64,000 bases of DNA from Phycisphaerae bacterium (GTDB taxonomy: Bacteria; Planctomycetota; Phycisphaerae; UBA1845), in NCBI GenBank assembly GCA_029260115.1, contig JAJDDW010000114.1, positions 18,504 through 82,503 of the forward strand, given 5' to 3'. Made by a program: the position numbers and the translations under genes. Positions 29,381-39,077 of this stretch are shown here, one piece after another; the first letter of the stretch is position 1, and each line of letters begins with the position of its first letter. The notes below the pieces were generated by a model. The model was not told the origin of the DNA. It made no database searches and saw only the letters and a program-made list of their open reading frames with translations.

Positions 29381-30016
29381 TTATCTAGGACTAGGCTGAA
29401 CGGCGTCATCCGCATATTGGATTTCGCGTGCCAGGTTTCCCTTGTCATCCCACAAACGCGAAGGCCCTTGCCGCAGACCATCCACGTAATCTACACTCCT
29501 TTTTACTTGGCCATTCGTGTGCCAACTAGTATATGGGCCCTGCCAAGTGCCATTGTCAATCGTAAATTGCTGTTGCTTTTTGCCATCGGCAAACCACACA
29601 ATCCATTCGCCGTGGTCCCTACCGTATCGATGCTCACCTACCGACCAAGGCTTTCCATCCTGATGCCAGGCAGCTCGTAGACCATGTTTTTGGCCGCACT
29701 TGTATTCCATTTGCAGTTTCTTATTTCCGTTCTGCCAATAGTGAGTCATTAACCCATGAGGAATCTGTTCACCATCTTCCCCTATCACTACTTCCTGCCG
29801 CAAAGACAATTGGCCACTATCATACTTCTCCTCCACTACAACAATTGGAAGACCATCACAAGCATGAATACCTGAATATGCTTCGGTAGCAGGCACAGCC
29901 TCGTTTGTTTCTGCCTGCGCCATCGAAACTTTGCTCGACGGCGCCCCCGTAGAACAACCCGCAACAAGAAGGCAAGTAACCAACCCTAATACAAACGAAC
30001 ATTTTTTTTCCGTCAT
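29381..30016 (-). CDS. Lipoprotein with MORN-variant (YwqK-like) repeats
   Basis: Lipobox LLVAGC and repeats HGxxxxYWQNGNKK / QGPYTSWHTNGQVK. Start set to ATG 30016, behind GAGGTG. Confidence 0.8.
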   Translation of the reverse strand: MTEKKCSFVLGLVTCLLVAGCSTGAPSSKVSMAQAETNEAVPATEAYSGIHACDGLPIVVVEEKYDSGQLSLRQEVVIGEDGEQIPHGLMTHYWQNGNKKLQMEYKCGQKHGLRAAWHQDGKPWSVGEHRYGRDHGEWIVWFADGKKQQQFTIDNGTWQGPYTSWHTNGQVKRSVDYVDGLRQGPSRLWDDKGNLAREIQYADDAVQPSPR

Positions 30017-30199
30017 CACAACACCTCTGATCATTTTGATGTCTTCTTGCACAAAGTCTATTCCAAAAACCGCCAAGCCAACCAACGGGCGCTATGGCCT
30101 ACCAACACCCGATTCCAGCAGGAAAGCATACCAAATAAATAGACCCATGCGTAGTAGTGGGGGAAACCTTAACAATTATGGCGGGAAATTATTGCCCGA

Positions 30200-33100
30200 T
30201 TAACGCCAATTGAGACACGGGGACGCGCCAAGTGTCCTACCTTGCGTAGCTTGCGCTCCGCCAGCCCCATGATAGGCGTCAATGGCGTCAATCAAATCCA
30301 AAGAAGTTACGCTGCCGGTACGATTAAAATCGAACCTGTGCAGCTCAATATCTACCATGGGTGCCAGACTGACATGTTCGATTAGCCCGCGAATATCTTG
30401 CTGATCAACCACACCGTTCTGATCGGTATCACCAGACAAAACCCCCAAGCAAAATTGTTCGCCACTAGCTAGGTGCGTAAACACCGACCACATATCCGAA
30501 GCTATCGGCTCGGATAATTCGGCCCTAAAAGACTGGAATCCGATGCCTAGCACCTCCAAGATCGTTGGTGTAGCCCCGGCCACTTGCCCATCGATCAATG
30601 TAAATTCCAATGGCGCAGGTCGATATCTTGCATCAAAATTCACATCAACCGTAGTCCAATTCGCCGCACTGCCAGCAGATGCACTTCGGCGAGCGTCTAC
30701 ACTATCATTGGCTGGCATCGTAGAGCTGATCGCCACGCAAGGATTTCGTGGCAAGGCATCGCAAACGCCGGCATCACAAAAATCGCCCGTACATGGATCG
30801 CCATCATCACAGTCGATATTCGAGTTACAGAAACAATCGAACACCACAAAGTCATCCACATACCAGCCATCCAACCCTCCGCAGCCATCTTTACCGAAAT
30901 TAAATTTCAATTGGATCGTATCGCCCGGCAAAGCCAAACCGGATAGATCAATAACTGACGTCCCCCATCCGCCACCTGCCCCTGTAAAAGCAGGCTGCCC
31001 AGCCAGGGGATTGGTGTTACCTTCGGCCACAGTCTTAAACGTCATATTATAATCATTGAACGAAAACGCCGAGTCTGGAATCACCAGCCAACTCGTTCGC
31101 CCTACTGCCATGAAGGATACATTACCACCATCAAACCTTGGTTCCGTAGCCACGAAATGTGTAAAGGCTACCTGAGGCTGCTTCACATTAGCCGGCAAGT
31201 TGATAGTGGGGCTAATCAGCGCATGCTGAGAGGACTCATCCTGCGCCCCACAGTCTCCGACATTCGGATCGTCCGCCTTCCAGGCAACACCCGTGCGACC
31301 CGCAGGCAGCGAACTATCCAACTCCCAATTATACGGTGTAGGCGGAAGCGGCGCTTGATTGAACACGGTCCAACCAAAAGCGCCACTCTCGAAATCATCC
31401 TCAAACAACACGCGTTGCGAAGAGCAAATTGTCGGCGGTGTAGAATCAAGCACGTTAACACTCGCGCCGCATCGACCCACCAGATGCATTTCCACAGCCA
31501 TTAACGTCGCTTCAACTTGGTCCGCGTCAAACTGCGTGAATACTTCGTTAATAGGCAATCCCGTACGTGGGTCGAGCACGAAGGTGCCGATAAGATCGCT
31601 CGCCGATTGATTCATCGCCCAAAACGCATCCTGAAAATCTGAACCGGGCGTCAAGTAGTACACCAACGCATGAAACCAAACCGCCCCGGCCTTGATTAAC
31701 CCGATGGGTTCGATCGTAAAACCATTAAACGTACTCCCGTCTACGAGCATCGCGAACGCATGATTGGGAATACCACTGCCGCTGTGTACACCGCCGTTGT
31801 CTAAATGATTACTACCACCGCATGTTTGAGCCGTACTAAATGCGCGGTTGGGATCGCCATAGCATCCCGGACTCCACATATCGCGAATCACCGTCGAATC
31901 CTCACCGATGAGCCAACGAAAACCATCAGCATAATCATTTTGAATCCAGCTACACAAACTACTTACAGAACGATCAATACGAAGATTGTTTGGTTCATCC
32001 AACCCCGAATTTACATAGTCCGCATCCTTTGGCCAAAATGGTGCGGAAGCTGGGCCAACATCCATCAAATCGCTGTTAAGCAAATCGATGAGTTCGCCAA
32101 AGACATCAGAAAAAGACTCATTGAGTTGGCCCGATTGGTTTTGATAAATCAGATTCGCGGTAAAACTTGTCAGGCCATGCGTCCATTCGTGACCGACAAC
32201 ATCATCAGTCACGAGGCCAGAACAAAATACGGTCTGACCAAGTGTAGACGTCCAAAACGCATTAGGACAAGCGGTTAATGAGCCTGAGTATCTAACGGTC
32301 ATCTTCAAACCTAATCCTAGACCATCAATACTATCACGACCAAACGCGCGGAAAAAATAATCGTAAATATCACCGGTGTAGTCGTAACCGGCATTCACAT
32401 CAGAAACAAAGTTGGGCGGATTGCCCTCGCTACGAGCCAGCGTGCCCGGTAGCGCAAGCCCCACGAAAGCATCGTGAATTAAGCGATTTTTCACCGAGCA
32501 CGCTTGAGTCCAACGATCCAGCACATTAAGCGTTTGCGCGTCAATAAAAAACGCCTCATCCACATCACCAGTATCATTGGCTACGATCACATGCCACGCG
32601 AGGTGCGGACCAATAGACGGATCGCCATACCATCCCGGATCGACTATCAACAGAGTAGACTGAGTCACGTGCGTGTCATCTCGCCCAACAAGACCCATCG
32701 CTACATTCCCGGCTTGATCCGCCGTCACACCAGCCGTGACGCGCAATTTACCAGGGACTAGATGAAACTCGCCATTGGCCGCCGTCACTTGAGCGTCCAG
32801 ACGATGATGCACTTTCAACATACCGCTGAATACCGGCACACCCCGATGTACTTGATTAAAGGTAGAATGAAAACCGCCGACAACATCAGCTACGCAGCGC
32901 GAATCATCTCGAACAAGCTGCGCATTAGAATCGACCACACCAAAATGTTGCCCATATTGTTGCAAAAATCCCAGAGCAATATCATCGCGCCGGCTAGAAG
33001 CTGCCTCCACTGGTAACACCTGACCGTGCGCCGGGACAAGAAACGTCGCCATTCCAGAATCAGAAGAACGCCGCAACACGCGCACCGCACCAGGCGTCGC

Positions 33101-33262
33101 CGCGCGGGCCATCCCAGTCATGGTCAGCAAAACCAATCCGCCCATCAAACATCGATACACAAAACGATGCGTGACCAGCAACTGTCCGTGACTATTATAA
33201 ATCAAGAAGAACCCCTTCTTCGTAAATCTCAGATACCTGTACACGTTTCCCGGAAAGCGCAC
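30200..33262 (-). CDS. Secreted M4 (thermolysin-family) metallopeptidase with C-terminal beta-sandwich, Cys-rich and dockerin-like modules
   Basis: FTP/PepSY-like propeptide, NAFW, HEWTH, GQLNESFSD, DNGGVHSGSG. The true start is probably about 33145-33180. Confidence 0.9.
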   Translation of the reverse strand: MRFPGNVYRYLRFTKKGFFLIYNSHGQLLVTHRFVYRCLMGGLVLLTMTGMARAATPGAVRVLRRSSDSGMATFLVPAHGQVLPVEAASSRRDDIALGFLQQYGQHFGVVDSNAQLVRDDSRCVADVVGGFHSTFNQVHRGVPVFSGMLKVHHRLDAQVTAANGEFHLVPGKLRVTAGVTADQAGNVAMGLVGRDDTHVTQSTLLIVDPGWYGDPSIGPHLAWHVIVANDTGDVDEAFFIDAQTLNVLDRWTQACSVKNRLIHDAFVGLALPGTLARSEGNPPNFVSDVNAGYDYTGDIYDYFFRAFGRDSIDGLGLGLKMTVRYSGSLTACPNAFWTSTLGQTVFCSGLVTDDVVGHEWTHGLTSFTANLIYQNQSGQLNESFSDVFGELIDLLNSDLMDVGPASAPFWPKDADYVNSGLDEPNNLRIDRSVSSLCSWIQNDYADGFRWLIGEDSTVIRDMWSPGCYGDPNRAFSTAQTCGGSNHLDNGGVHSGSGIPNHAFAMLVDGSTFNGFTIEPIGLIKAGAVWFHALVYYLTPGSDFQDAFWAMNQSASDLIGTFVLDPRTGLPINEVFTQFDADQVEATLMAVEMHLVGRCGASVNVLDSTPPTICSSQRVLFEDDFESGAFGWTVFNQAPLPPTPYNWELDSSLPAGRTGVAWKADDPNVGDCGAQDESSQHALISPTINLPANVKQPQVAFTHFVATEPRFDGGNVSFMAVGRTSWLVIPDSAFSFNDYNMTFKTVAEGNTNPLAGQPAFTGAGGGWGTSVIDLSGLALPGDTIQLKFNFGKDGCGGLDGWYVDDFVVFDCFCNSNIDCDDGDPCTGDFCDAGVCDALPRNPCVAISSTMPANDSVDARRSASAGSAANWTTVDVNFDARYRPAPLEFTLIDGQVAGATPTILEVLGIGFQSFRAELSEPIASDMWSVFTHLASGEQFCLGVLSGDTDQNGVVDQQDIRGLIEHVSLAPMVDIELHRFDFNRTGSVTSLDLIDAIDAYHGAGGAQATQGRTLGASPCLNWR

Positions 33263-33641
33263 TCACGCCCCATACAGGAGAATCCGGCCTTCGCCTATTA
33301 TATTCCCATAGCAAATCTTAGACGACTAAAAACTTCAAATCGCTCTGACAGGTGTAAAAATCAAGTATAAATCGAGGAGAGTAGCGAAATTGTAGACCAC
33401 GCAGTCGTCAGAAAATCCCCCTATTCCCCTCGCAGTACATCAGGCGAGGGAGGTCTGGCGCATAGCGAAATATTCGGATAATCCACATATTTTTTATTTT
33501 TCTCTTGACAATAGGGAGGGGGGGCGATAACAGGGATACATGGGTGTGAGGTGGTAGCTTATTCTGGTTGCTGCCGAACACGTTCCTATCTATCTGTTGA
33601 AGGGAATTTTGGGGCAAATCTATTTACTGGGGAGTTATGTT

Positions 33642-34427
33642 ATGAATGTATCGATGAAGGTTCGGTTTTCAGTGGTTGTTCTTGCTGCCGCAGGGTTCAG
33701 TTTGGCACATGCTGATGAGGGCGAGTCAAAGCGAAGCGATGTGCTGCGGATACTGAAAACGATTGCACCTCAGATAATCACACAAGACGAAGAAATGGTT
33801 TCCGATTGGCAAGCACAGCGTGCCACGATGACGCCAGTTGTACAAATTGAACGAGAACTATCCGAACGCGCCGAAATGGGTGTGGAAGCTATCGAAGCCA
33901 TAACCTTTTGGGATGACAACAACCGTTACGATTTAATCCTCGATGACGATGGGGCCATCGTCCTTGATATTGAGGCACAAACAGCTAGTGATTCGTTTAC
34001 CTTCACCGTCGGCCCGGTACCGATCGTCAAGAACCAGGAAAAAGTACTTGTATCCACTTTGGGGGTGATGGCTAGTAAAAATGGTAATAGCGGTACGTTC
34101 GATCTGGAAGTGGATGACCTGAACTCGGAAACGGCTATTGAAGCCTTCAATCAATCTAACGCTGCGCAGGTTTTCATCGAATCCGGAACGGTGGTGGCAT
34201 TCTTTTTCACAGACGGCGAGCTGAATGCAGCTTTGCACTTCTCTCCATTGGACCAGGAAGTCGGTGAAGATAAACAGTTGAGCCAGGAGGGAAATCTCCT
34301 CTTGTCGGCACCTTTATATTGGTTGAGACTCAAACAGGTGTGCGATGTACTCTACACCAAGTGTGTAGATCAGGGCAACGTGGATGCCTGCGGCCACTGG
34401 TTAGATCACTGTCAGCAGGCACCGTAA
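33642..34427 (+). CDS. Secreted hypothetical protein with a 4-Cys C-terminal motif
   Basis: GGAG RBS, signal peptide ending SLAHA, acidic body, tail CDVLYTKCVDQGNVDACGHWLDHC. Confidence 0.65.
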   Translation: MNVSMKVRFSVVVLAAAGFSLAHADEGESKRSDVLRILKTIAPQIITQDEEMVSDWQAQRATMTPVVQIERELSERAEMGVEAIEAITFWDDNNRYDLILDDDGAIVLDIEAQTASDSFTFTVGPVPIVKNQEKVLVSTLGVMASKNGNSGTFDLEVDDLNSETAIEAFNQSNAAQVFIESGTVVAFFFTDGELNAALHFSPLDQEVGEDKQLSQEGNLLLSAPLYWLRLKQVCDVLYTKCVDQGNVDACGHWLDHCQQAP

Positions 34428-34620
34428 TAGTCGTGCAAGAACGCCTCTGCCATAAAATAATCGCTCCGGCTGGGTGAGCGGGCTATATCCTGCTTCCACC
34501 CTCCTGCCTGACGTAATCCATCCAGCCTATTTCACAATCCTCCCACCCGACGATACACTACAATCCAGTCGCGTAGTGGAACGAAGTTATAGTCGGACAC
34601 AAAAGCTGGAGGATCGCGTT

Positions 34621-35139
34621 ATGGGATTAGCTGCATTTAATTTGAAAGAGTGGATCGACGAACACCGCCATCTACTCAAACCGCCGGTCGGCAACCAATG
34701 CGTATATAAAGATAGCGACTTTATCATTATGATCGTTGGCGGGCCTAACCAGCGGAAAGATTATCACGTCAATCCCACAGAAGAATTTTTCTTCCAACTC
34801 GAAGGTGACATCACCCTAAAAATTTTTGAAGATGGCAAACGCAAAGACATCGCTATCAATGAAGGCGACATTTTCCTCCTGCCCCCTCAAATTCCCCACT
34901 CGCCACAACGCCCCGCAAACACCGTCGGTATGGTCGTCGAACGTCGCAGGCCCAAAGGGCAACATGACCACATGCGATTTTTCTGCGAGAAATGTGACAA
35001 CGTGCTATTCGACCCGGACTTTTATCTCGTGGACATTGTCAACCAGCTTAGGCCTTTGATGGAACAGTTTTGGGGCGATGAATCTCTGCGCACTTGCGAC
35101 AAATGCAGCGCCGTTATGGAGCCACCGGCTAAGGGGTAA
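34621..35139 (+). CDS. nbaC: 3-hydroxyanthranilate 3,4-dioxygenase
   Basis: LLKPPVGN, VGGPNQRKDYH, EEFFFQLEG, PHSPQR, two CxxC pairs; GGAGG RBS before ATG 34621. Confidence 0.96.
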   Translation: MGLAAFNLKEWIDEHRHLLKPPVGNQCVYKDSDFIIMIVGGPNQRKDYHVNPTEEFFFQLEGDITLKIFEDGKRKDIAINEGDIFLLPPQIPHSPQRPANTVGMVVERRRPKGQHDHMRFFCEKCDNVLFDPDFYLVDIVNQLRPLMEQFWGDESLRTCDKCSAVMEPPAKG

Positions 35140-35178
35140 ACAGATAGCTTCGATCCTTTTTGTCGGCTGGACTTTGTT

Positions 35179-36201
35179 GTGCTAAAAATTGATATCCACA
35201 CGCACATTCTTCCCGAGCGTTGGCCCGACCTGCGCGAACGGTTTGGCTACGGCGGGTTCGTGCGTCTGGAACACCATAAGCCCTGCTGTGCCCGCATGAT
35301 GGTCGACGATAAATTCTTTCGCGAAATCGAGGACAACTGCTGGTCCCCCACCCGCAGAATCAAAGACTGCGATGATTCTGGCGTCCAAGTTCAGGTGTTG
35401 TCCACCGTGCCCGTCATGTTTAACTACTGGGCTAAGCCGCAAGACTCACTCGATTTATCAAAAATTCTAAACGAACACATCGCCGGAGTGGTGCGCGAAT
35501 ATCCGCAGCGGTTCGTCGGACTAGGCACGCTTCCCATGCAAGCCCCTAAATTGGCCGTGCCTGAACTTGAGCGATGTGTAAACGAACTGGGCCTCGCTGG
35601 CGTGCAAATCGGTTCACACATCAACGACTGGAATCTCGATCAGCCGGAACTGTTCGAGATATTCGAATCCGCAGCCTCGCTGGGAGCAGCCGTTTTTGTA
35701 CATCCCTGGGATATGATGGGCAAGGACCGTATGCCCAAATATTGGCTGCCCTGGCTAGTGGGCATGCCAGCAGAAACATCCCTGGCTATCTGCTCGATTA
35801 TCTTCGGTGGAGTACTGGATCGACTGCCCCATCTGCGTATCGGATTCGCACACGGCGGCGGCGCGTTTCCGTTCACCGTAGGCCGAGTACAACATGGGTT
35901 CGACGTTCGGCCCGATCTATGCGCGGTTGATAATAAAAACTCGCCACGCAATTATCTCGGAAAATTTTTCGTAGACTCACTCGTTCATGATGCAGACGCC
36001 CTGCGCTTTCTGGTAAACCAAATGGGAGACAACCGTGTCGCGCTAGGCTCGGATTACCCGTTCCCCTTAGGAGAGTCTCGGCCGGGCGCGATGATTGAAT
36101 CGTTAAGCGATTTTTCAGCATCCACAAAAGATAAGCTTCTAGCGGGTACTGCGATTGAATTTCTCGGCGTGAATCGTCAGCAGTTTGAAATTAAAGGTTA
36201 A
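35179..36201 (+). CDS. nbaD: 2-amino-3-carboxymuconate-6-semialdehyde decarboxylase (ACMSD)
   Basis: IDIHTHILP, FVHPWDM, WLPWLVGMPAET, AHGGG, LGSDYPFPLGE; pathway context. Confidence 0.93.
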   Translation: MLKIDIHTHILPERWPDLRERFGYGGFVRLEHHKPCCARMMVDDKFFREIEDNCWSPTRRIKDCDDSGVQVQVLSTVPVMFNYWAKPQDSLDLSKILNEHIAGVVREYPQRFVGLGTLPMQAPKLAVPELERCVNELGLAGVQIGSHINDWNLDQPELFEIFESAASLGAAVFVHPWDMMGKDRMPKYWLPWLVGMPAETSLAICSIIFGGVLDRLPHLRIGFAHGGGAFPFTVGRVQHGFDVRPDLCAVDNKNSPRNYLGKFFVDSLVHDADALRFLVNQMGDNRVALGSDYPFPLGESRPGAMIESLSDFSASTKDKLLAGTAIEFLGVNRQQFEIKG

Positions 36202-36209
36202 GTCATTTT

Positions 36210-37526
36210 ATGTCCGCAGATTCTAACAACGTTTCCGAGACGGAATCAGATTTTACTACCGACGAATCGTGCGCATTGTCATTCGATCAACACGACCCGC
36301 TAGCTAAATACCGTCAACAGTTTCATCAGCCAAGCGGCGGCGACGGAGTGCCAAAAATATACTTCGCCGGCAATTCGCTAGGCCTTCAGCCAAAGGGTGT
36401 TCGGGATGAACTATCCCAAGAACTAGACGACTGGGCTAAGCTAGGCGTCGATGCACACTTTGATGGCCGAAACCCTTGGTTTTCCTATCATGAAATTCTT
36501 CGCGATAGCGGCGCTCGTCTCGTAGGTGCAAAACCGAGCGAAGTAGTCATGATGAATAGCTTAACCGTCAATCTGCATCTGATGATGGCTTCGTTTTATC
36601 AGCCAACGCAATCTCGATACAAAATATTGATGGACTACCCGGCTTTCCCTTCTGATGTATATGCGATCAAATCCCAACTGCGACATCATGGGTATGACCC
36701 GTATGATGCGTTGATCGAAGTTCATCCACTCGATGGCGAACATACGCTACGAAGCGAAGACATCGTAAAGCAAATCGAACGCGACGGGCAGCAAATCTCG
36801 CTGGTCCTGCTAGCTGGTGTCAATTATTTCACGGGTCAGTACTACGATATGCAGACAATCACCCAATCCGGTAGAAGCCAGGGCTGTGCGGTTGGCTGGG
36901 ATCTCGCCCACGCAGCTGGAAACGTAGACATGAAGCTTCACGATTGGGACGTGGATTTCGCCTGTTGGTGCAACTACAAATATATCAACAGCGGTCCCGG
37001 GGCTTTGGCGGGCTGTTTTGTACACGAACGACACGGGAATAATCTCGACTTGCCGCGATTGGCTGGGTGGTGGGGCAACGATCCTACAAAACGTTTTCAA
37101 ATGCATCTGCTACCTGAGTTTACACCCCAGGTAGGGGCTGATGGTTGGCAGATTAGCAATCCGCCAATTTTTGCGGCGGCGCCTTTGAAGGCGTCGCTTG
37201 CGGTGTTTGACCAGGCCACCATGCCCGCGTTGCGAAAAAAGTCTTTATCGCTAACTGGCTATCTGCAATTTTTAATCGACGATATTTCGCCCGAGCGTTT
37301 TGAAGTCATCACGCCACGCAGACCTGAGGCGAGAGGTTGTCAGCTTTCCATTTTGGTACATAGCCGACCGGAGGCGTTATTACAATCCTTGAAAGATGGC
37401 AATGTAGTATGCGATTTTCGCCAGCCTAATGTGATTCGCGTCGCGCCGACTCCGCTGTATAATTCGTACCATGAGGTGTGGCGCTTCGCCCAGGTATTAA
37501 AATTGCATGATGTCTTAAACGCTTGA
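36210..37526 (+). CDS. kynU: Kynureninase
   Basis: YFAGNSLGLQP, MNSLTVNLH, DLAHAAGN, CWCNYKYINSGPG (PLP lysine). Confidence 0.96.
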   Translation: MSADSNNVSETESDFTTDESCALSFDQHDPLAKYRQQFHQPSGGDGVPKIYFAGNSLGLQPKGVRDELSQELDDWAKLGVDAHFDGRNPWFSYHEILRDSGARLVGAKPSEVVMMNSLTVNLHLMMASFYQPTQSRYKILMDYPAFPSDVYAIKSQLRHHGYDPYDALIEVHPLDGEHTLRSEDIVKQIERDGQQISLVLLAGVNYFTGQYYDMQTITQSGRSQGCAVGWDLAHAAGNVDMKLHDWDVDFACWCNYKYINSGPGALAGCFVHERHGNNLDLPRLAGWWGNDPTKRFQMHLLPEFTPQVGADGWQISNPPIFAAAPLKASLAVFDQATMPALRKKSLSLTGYLQFLIDDISPERFEVITPRRPEARGCQLSILVHSRPEALLQSLKDGNVVCDFRQPNVIRVAPTPLYNSYHEVWRFAQVLKLHDVLNA

Positions 37527-37649
37527 ATCGAGCTGCGGGCAAAATAAAACCCCGATTCATCGGGAACCCACGTGGAGTTGAAAATACAATATGATGCACA
37601 ATACTAATGCGGATTGCTCAAAGGCCGATGGCTGCACTGGAACCCAAGT

Positions 37650-37675
37650 CCGCACAGGCTGAAGCCTGCGGCTCG
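37650..37675 (+). repeat. REP-like palindrome, copy 5 (CCGCACAGGCTGAAGCCTGCGGCTCG)
   Basis: Stem CAGGC-TGAA-GCCTG carries a compensatory change relative to the consensus; intergenic between kynU and kmo. Confidence 0.75.
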
Positions 37676-37711
37676 TTCAGATGGTAACACCCATAACAGG
37701 GTTCGTACAAA

Positions 37712-39049
37712 ATGAGTGATTCACAAACGCAAAAATTTACCATCGTCGGCGGCGGCCTCGGTGGTGCGCTCATGGCTGTCTACCTTGGGCAGGCGGGGTA
37801 TGACGTCGAAGTATACGAGATGCGCCCTGACATGCGCGGCGGAAACATTCCAGGCGGTCGCTCTATCAATCTCGCCTTATCGCATCGAGGCATCGTCGCG
37901 CTAGAACGCGTGGGCCTCGCCGAGGAAATTCTCAAGACGGCTGTCCCCATGCGCGGGCGGATGATTCATGAGGCTAATTCTTCGCTCAAGTTTCAGCCAT
38001 ACGGCAAGGACGATTCGCACGTTATCCATTCCGTCTCGCGCGGCGGATTAAACGCATTACTCCTCGAAGCCGCTGATCGCTTGCCCAACGTCAAACTGTT
38101 TTTCAATAAAAAATGTACCGACGTTCAGCTCAGTACCAGCTCAGTTGAATTGCTGGATATGGAGACCAACGAGACTTCGACCGTCGATGGTGGGATTGTT
38201 GTCAGCGCCGACGGCGCTTTCTCCGCAGTACGCAAACCCATGCAAAAGTTGGATCGTTTCGATTATAGCCAGAATTATTTGGCGCACGGGTACAAGGAAT
38301 TAGTCATCCCGCCTGGAAAAAATGGCTCCTTTCAGATGGCCCGCGACGCCCTGCATATTTGGCCGCGAAAATCGTTTATGATGATCGCGCTTCCTAACGA
38401 AGACGGCTCGTACACATGCACGATTTTTTGGCCTTTTGCAGGGCCTCACAGCTTCGATGTGCTGCGAACCAAACAAGACGTCGAGTCATATTTCCGCGAA
38501 CATTTTCCCGACGCCGTCCCCATCATGCCCACACTGACAGAAGATTATTTCGCCAACCCCACAAGCTCACTATGCACCTTGCGCTGTGGGCCTTGGTATT
38601 ATCGCGACAAGGTTGTGTTGCTCGGAGATGCCGCCCACGCCGTAGTCCCCTTTTATGGCCAGGGTATGAACGCCTCGTTTGAAGACGTGCTCGTGTTGTG
38701 CGAGTGCATGGAAAAGCATAAACCGAACTGGGAAGTTGCGTTTCGTGAGTATTTCCAAATTCGTAAGGAACATGTAGACGTATTAGCTGACCTCGCAATT
38801 AGCAATTTTGTTGAAATGCGCGATCATACCGGATCGAAAATGTTTCGCCTTAAAAAATACACGGAGAAACTTCTCAGTAAAATGCTGCCATTTTGGTACA
38901 CACCGCTGTACAACATGACTACGCACTCACGTATGCGCTATGGGGATGCAATTAAGCGAGCAAATTTCCAAAACCGGGTCGTAGCAACGACGGCTATTAC
39001 GGCTATGGTAATTATCGCAGGCGCTGTTCTTCGAACATTACTATTTTGA
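37712..39049 (+). CDS. kmo: Kynurenine 3-monooxygenase
   Basis: GRSINLALSHRG, LHIWPR, GDAAHAVVPFYGQGMNASFED, NFVEMRD. Confidence 0.95.
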   Translation: MSDSQTQKFTIVGGGLGGALMAVYLGQAGYDVEVYEMRPDMRGGNIPGGRSINLALSHRGIVALERVGLAEEILKTAVPMRGRMIHEANSSLKFQPYGKDDSHVIHSVSRGGLNALLLEAADRLPNVKLFFNKKCTDVQLSTSSVELLDMETNETSTVDGGIVVSADGAFSAVRKPMQKLDRFDYSQNYLAHGYKELVIPPGKNGSFQMARDALHIWPRKSFMMIALPNEDGSYTCTIFWPFAGPHSFDVLRTKQDVESYFREHFPDAVPIMPTLTEDYFANPTSSLCTLRCGPWYYRDKVVLLGDAAHAVVPFYGQGMNASFEDVLVLCECMEKHKPNWEVAFREYFQIRKEHVDVLADLAISNFVEMRDHTGSKMFRLKKYTEKLLSKMLPFWYTPLYNMTTHSRMRYGDAIKRANFQNRVVATTAITAMVIIAGAVLRTLLF

Positions 39050-39077
39050 ATTTGATCTAACGCAACGGAATCGACAA

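Noticed and set aside
29381-30016. Toxin-antitoxin system suggested by YwqK-like repeats
   Set aside because: No adjacent toxin gene; MORN-variant lipoproteins are common on their own.
34474-34620. N-terminal extension of nbaC in the ORF track, and similar extensions for priA, the Fe-ADH, the DUF3311 gene and hutU
   Set aside because: Downstream ATGs with an RBS, a stop-start overlap or a family-typical N-terminus fit better.
3024-37675. Palindromic repeats considered as a CRISPR array
   Set aside because: The copies are dispersed over kilobases, with no regular spacers and no cas genes.
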